From: Candidatus Hermodarchaeota archaeon
GTDB lineage: Archaea; Asgardarchaeota; Heimdallarchaeia; Hodarchaeales; Hodarchaeaceae
Assembly: GCA_048886185.1 (NCBI GenBank)
Contig: JBHLKY010000054.1
Location: 1 to 8,741, forward strand
Length of the DNA stretch: 8,741 bases
Direction: 5' to 3'
Shown: positions 6,544-8,741 of the stretch, one piece after another
Position numbering within the stretch: position 1 is the first letter of the stretch
Layout of the letters: each line of letters starts with the position of its first letter
The notes under the pieces: generated by a model
Seen by the model: the letters and a program-made list of their open reading frames with translations, nothing else
Database searches by the model: none
What the model was told of the DNA's origin: nothing
Made by a program: the position numbers and the translations under genes

Positions 6544-7059
6544 ATGAATAATATAGAGATGAACATAAAAATGAGAAATCAATCAAAGAAAATTAAATCA
6601 GTTGATGAAAATCTTGAATGGGATACAGAATTTCAACACTTCCTAAAGGAATGGTTCTCTGGGCTTATAGCTGGAATTGAAAAACTAAATGATGATATAT
6701 GGCCCAAAGTTTTAGAATTAACTGGTCGTGCTTGTGCACATGTCCATTCTAATGAATTGTTTTGGGAAACATGGGAAGCTACCCGAAAACTTGATGAATT
6801 CCTAAAGAAAATTAATGAAATATATGGAGAGAAAGTCTTCGAGATAATCGATGATAATACAATATCAGTATTTTATTCTAAGTGTACTTGCCCATTAGTT
6901 GAACACGGATTAGTAGACTCACCTCTCCTATGTAATTGTTCTCCTAGCTGGTTAGCTGAGAATTTTGAATCCATTCTACAAAAGCCTGTAACAGTAACGA
7001 CCAAAAAAACGATTTTACAAGGAGCTAAAAGCTGTAATTTCATTATTTCATGGGAATAA
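6544..7059 (+). CDS. Small soluble Cys-rich V4R-like protein (resembles DUF6144 family), probable metal-binding
   Basis: Pattern GRACA ... KCTCP ... LCNCS ... FESILQKPVTV..TILQGAKSCNF (six Cys at 6733, 6883, 6889, 6931, 6937 and 7033). The C-terminal G..C.F is typical of V4R-type folds. No signal peptide. The start could be 6544, 6559 or 6571. Family name is from recall, not a search. Confidence 0.65.
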   Translation: MNNIEMNIKMRNQSKKIKSVDENLEWDTEFQHFLKEWFSGLIAGIEKLNDDIWPKVLELTGRACAHVHSNELFWETWEATRKLDEFLKKINEIYGEKVFEIIDDNTISVFYSKCTCPLVEHGLVDSPLLCNCSPSWLAENFESILQKPVTVTTKKTILQGAKSCNFIISWE

Positions 7060-7155
7060 ATGACTCTCACACAGTCGAGAGAACGAACAAAGAAAATTGA
7101 TATATTCTCCTTTTATGGTATTAAAGGATTACTTTGCAGCTAAGAGATTTCGAAT

Positions 7156-7974
7156 TTAAAGAACAGGTTCCAAAATTATTACTGTACAATTTGCTTTTTC
7201 TTGAAAGTCTTTGACCTCATTTAAATTTCCAATGGTCATATTACCTATAGTTACAGGATATGTGTAATGCATTGGAATAACATACTGTAAGTCTGATAAG
7301 ACTTGAAGAGATCCGACTGCTTCAGCTCCTTCTTCATCTGACATTAATCCAGTTCCCAATATAGGAAGAAAAGCTATATCGCAATCAATTTGTGTCATTT
7401 CAGGAATATGGGCCGTGTCTCCAGCATGGTATATTCTTACATTCCCAAAATCGACAATTACTCCCGTCCAATTGGCATCACGGGGATGACTATCATCATA
7501 AGCAGGCACAAATTCGAGAGTAATTCCAGATTCTTCTTTATGATCCCAAGGTTTGGTATAGCAGATTGTTTTGACTTCTAAGGACTCAATCTCTTCGAGA
7601 TCGGTCCCATATTGATCTACTTGTGCTGGTTTAGGAGTATAAAGGGTGGTGTTAATGTCAGCAATAATGCTGATATCAGATGGATAGAGATGGTCATAAT
7701 GGTCATGAGTAGCAATCACAATGTCTGCCCTTTCAGCACCACTTGGAAGGAGATACGGATCAATATAGACCACTAAATCACTTGTTTTGAGTTTAAAAGC
7801 TGCAAATCCATGCCAAGTTATATTAACTCCATCATAATAAAGGAAATTCTTCTCAACAATAATTTCTGGCTGCTCTTCGGTATCATTATCATTTGGCACT
7901 AAAATAAACGCTATAGCAACTAGTAAAACAAAAAATACAGCTCCAACTATTCCTACAGCTAAATACTTATTCAC
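7156..7974 (-). CDS. MBL-fold (metallo-beta-lactamase superfamily, UlaG/Lactamase_B_3-like) metallohydrolase with N-terminal membrane anchor
   Basis: Motifs TWHGFAAF, YIDPY, THDHYDH (HxHxDH, 7690-7710), SH, YHAGDT, DIAFLPI and VIPMHY. N-terminal TM YLAVGIVGAVFFVLLVAIAFILV. The reading frame is open to TTG 8061 (track), but GTG 7974 or TTG 7977 fits better: AGGAAG lies upstream and the TTG at 8061 falls inside the divergent promoter. Confidence 0.88.
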   Translation of the reverse strand: MNKYLAVGIVGAVFFVLLVAIAFILVPNDNDTEEQPEIIVEKNFLYYDGVNITWHGFAAFKLKTSDLVVYIDPYLLPSGAERADIVIATHDHYDHLYPSDISIIADINTTLYTPKPAQVDQYGTDLEEIESLEVKTICYTKPWDHKEESGITLEFVPAYDDSHPRDANWTGVIVDFGNVRIYHAGDTAHIPEMTQIDCDIAFLPILGTGLMSDEEGAEAVGSLQVLSDLQYVIPMHYTYPVTIGNMTIGNLNEVKDFQEKANCTVIILEPVL

Positions 7975-8042
7975 CAAATTGAACTTCTTCCTTTTATGCT
8001 TAGTAAGCTGATCCAAAAGAATTAAACGAATTTTTCCATCTT

Positions 8043-8122
8043 GATTTAAATATATTTCCAAAACTTGGAACGATGAAAAATATGGAAATATATTTATAAT
8101 AATCCCTCCGTATTTGGAACGA
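8043..8122. promoter_or_regulatory. Divergent promoter region with mirrored BRE/TATA elements and TTGGAA repeats
   Basis: 14-bp perfect inverted repeat TAAATATATTTCCA (8047-8060) / TGGAAATATATTTA (8083-8096). TTTATAAT at 8093-8100 (+) and TTTAAATC at 8050-8043 (-). TTCCAA-aac-TTGGAA (8056-8070). TTGGAACGA direct repeat at 8065-8073 and 8114-8122. Confidence 0.6.
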
Positions 8123-8125
8123 AAA

Positions 8126-8131
8126 AGGTGA
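8126..8131 (+). promoter_or_regulatory. Archaeal Shine-Dalgarno site
   Basis: AGGTGA 5 nt upstream of ATG 8137. Confidence 0.7.
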
Positions 8132-8136
8132 TTTTT

Positions 8137-8741
8137 ATGAGCGAACCCTCCAATAAAAATGATTATTTGTCTAGTAAAACTATTGTAAAGGGGATAATAG
8201 TATTTTTATTATTTCGATCTGGCAGCCTCACAGCTAAACAGATTCAAAAAAGAATTGGGTTAAAAAGGCAAACAACGTACAATTACCTCAAAGAATTGCA
8301 GGAAGAGGGGAGAATAGAAGCTAAATATGAAAGGTTAGAAGATCGACCCAATCTAAGTGTTGCATATTATTCCATAAAAAAACCACCCTTCTCTGAAAAT
8401 GAGGATAAACCTCTCACTCAAAGACACAAAGAGGGATTTAGTGTTGAAAGAATAAAAAACGCACTTGACTCGAATATTGCTGCTCTAATAGAGCTTAGAG
8501 CAACGTTCAATCGAATGACTCACGATGAAATTGATAGTTTTGTCAGATGTGCTCCTGAAGTATGGGGTTATTATGGATTCACATATTTGTTAACCGATGG
8601 GGAGTATGGGGAGCTTCAGATAGAGTTTAAAGAAATGTTGAATAGACTCCATAAAAAATGGAGTGAAAGTCAAGATCATGGAAAACATTCAGGGAATGTC
8701 TTTACCTTCACTTTCTACAAATCAGTTGCTGATTTCTTATA
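8137..8741 (+). CDS. Winged helix-turn-helix transcriptional regulator (ArsR/TrmB-like), reaching the window edge; absent from the ORF track
   Basis: Manual translation is open from ATG 8137 to the end (201 full codons): MSEPSNKNDYLSSKTIVKGIIVFLLFRSGSLTAKQIQKRIGLKRQTTYNYLKELQEEGRIEAKYERLEDRPNLSVAYYSIK...LLTDGEYGELQIEFKEMLNRLHKKW...FTFTFYKSVADFL. The HTH (LTAKQI..RIGL.RQT.YNYL.EL...G.I) is followed by a wing. The window ends in 'ta', possibly the start of a stop codon. Confidence 0.85.
   Translation, partial: MSEPSNKNDYLSSKTIVKGIIVFLLFRSGSLTAKQIQKRIGLKRQTTYNYLKELQEEGRIEAKYERLEDRPNLSVAYYSIKKPPFSENEDKPLTQRHKEGFSVERIKNALDSNIAALIELRATFNRMTHDEIDSFVRCAPEVWGYYGFTYLLTDGEYGELQIEFKEMLNRLHKKWSESQDHGKHSGNVFTFTFYKSVADFL

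Noticed and set aside
5203-7581. ORFs 5203-5454 (-), 6873-7070 (-) and 7390-7581 (+)
   Set aside because: Antisense shadows of ccmF, the Cys-rich gene and the MBL gene.
7975-8061. N-terminal extension of the MBL gene from TTG 8061
   Set aside because: The TTG lies inside the divergent promoter repeat and has no RBS. A start at 7974/7977 has AGGAAG upstream and gives a normal N-terminal anchor.

Overview
AT-rich archaeal DNA, plausibly Asgard. This rests on a GGTGA ribosome-binding site, BRE/TATA-like promoters, many N-x-S/T sequons and a PGY-TM-basic C-terminal sorting tail, and it is inference rather than a database result. Six real genes are visible. Four run in the same direction on the + strand: (1) a secreted multiheme c-type cytochrome with a C-terminal membrane anchor, carrying 6 canonical CxxCH motifs plus three non-canonical candidate heme sites (CX4CH, CX9CH and a CxxCM at the position of the NrfA catalytic CxxCK heme) and ending in an NrfA/HAO-type helical domain; (2) a membrane-anchored (alpha/alpha)6-toroid plus Ig-like protein; (3) a CcmF-type cytochrome c synthase; (4) a small six-Cys V4R/DUF6144-like protein. 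A convergent, N-terminally anchored MBL-fold metallohydrolase follows, divergent from a winged-HTH regulator that the ORF track missed because it runs to the window edge. The best candidate for an undescribed system is the cytochrome with unusual heme motifs next to what may be its own dedicated CcmF and accessory protein. No rRNA, tRNA, CRISPR array or convincing mobile element was seen.
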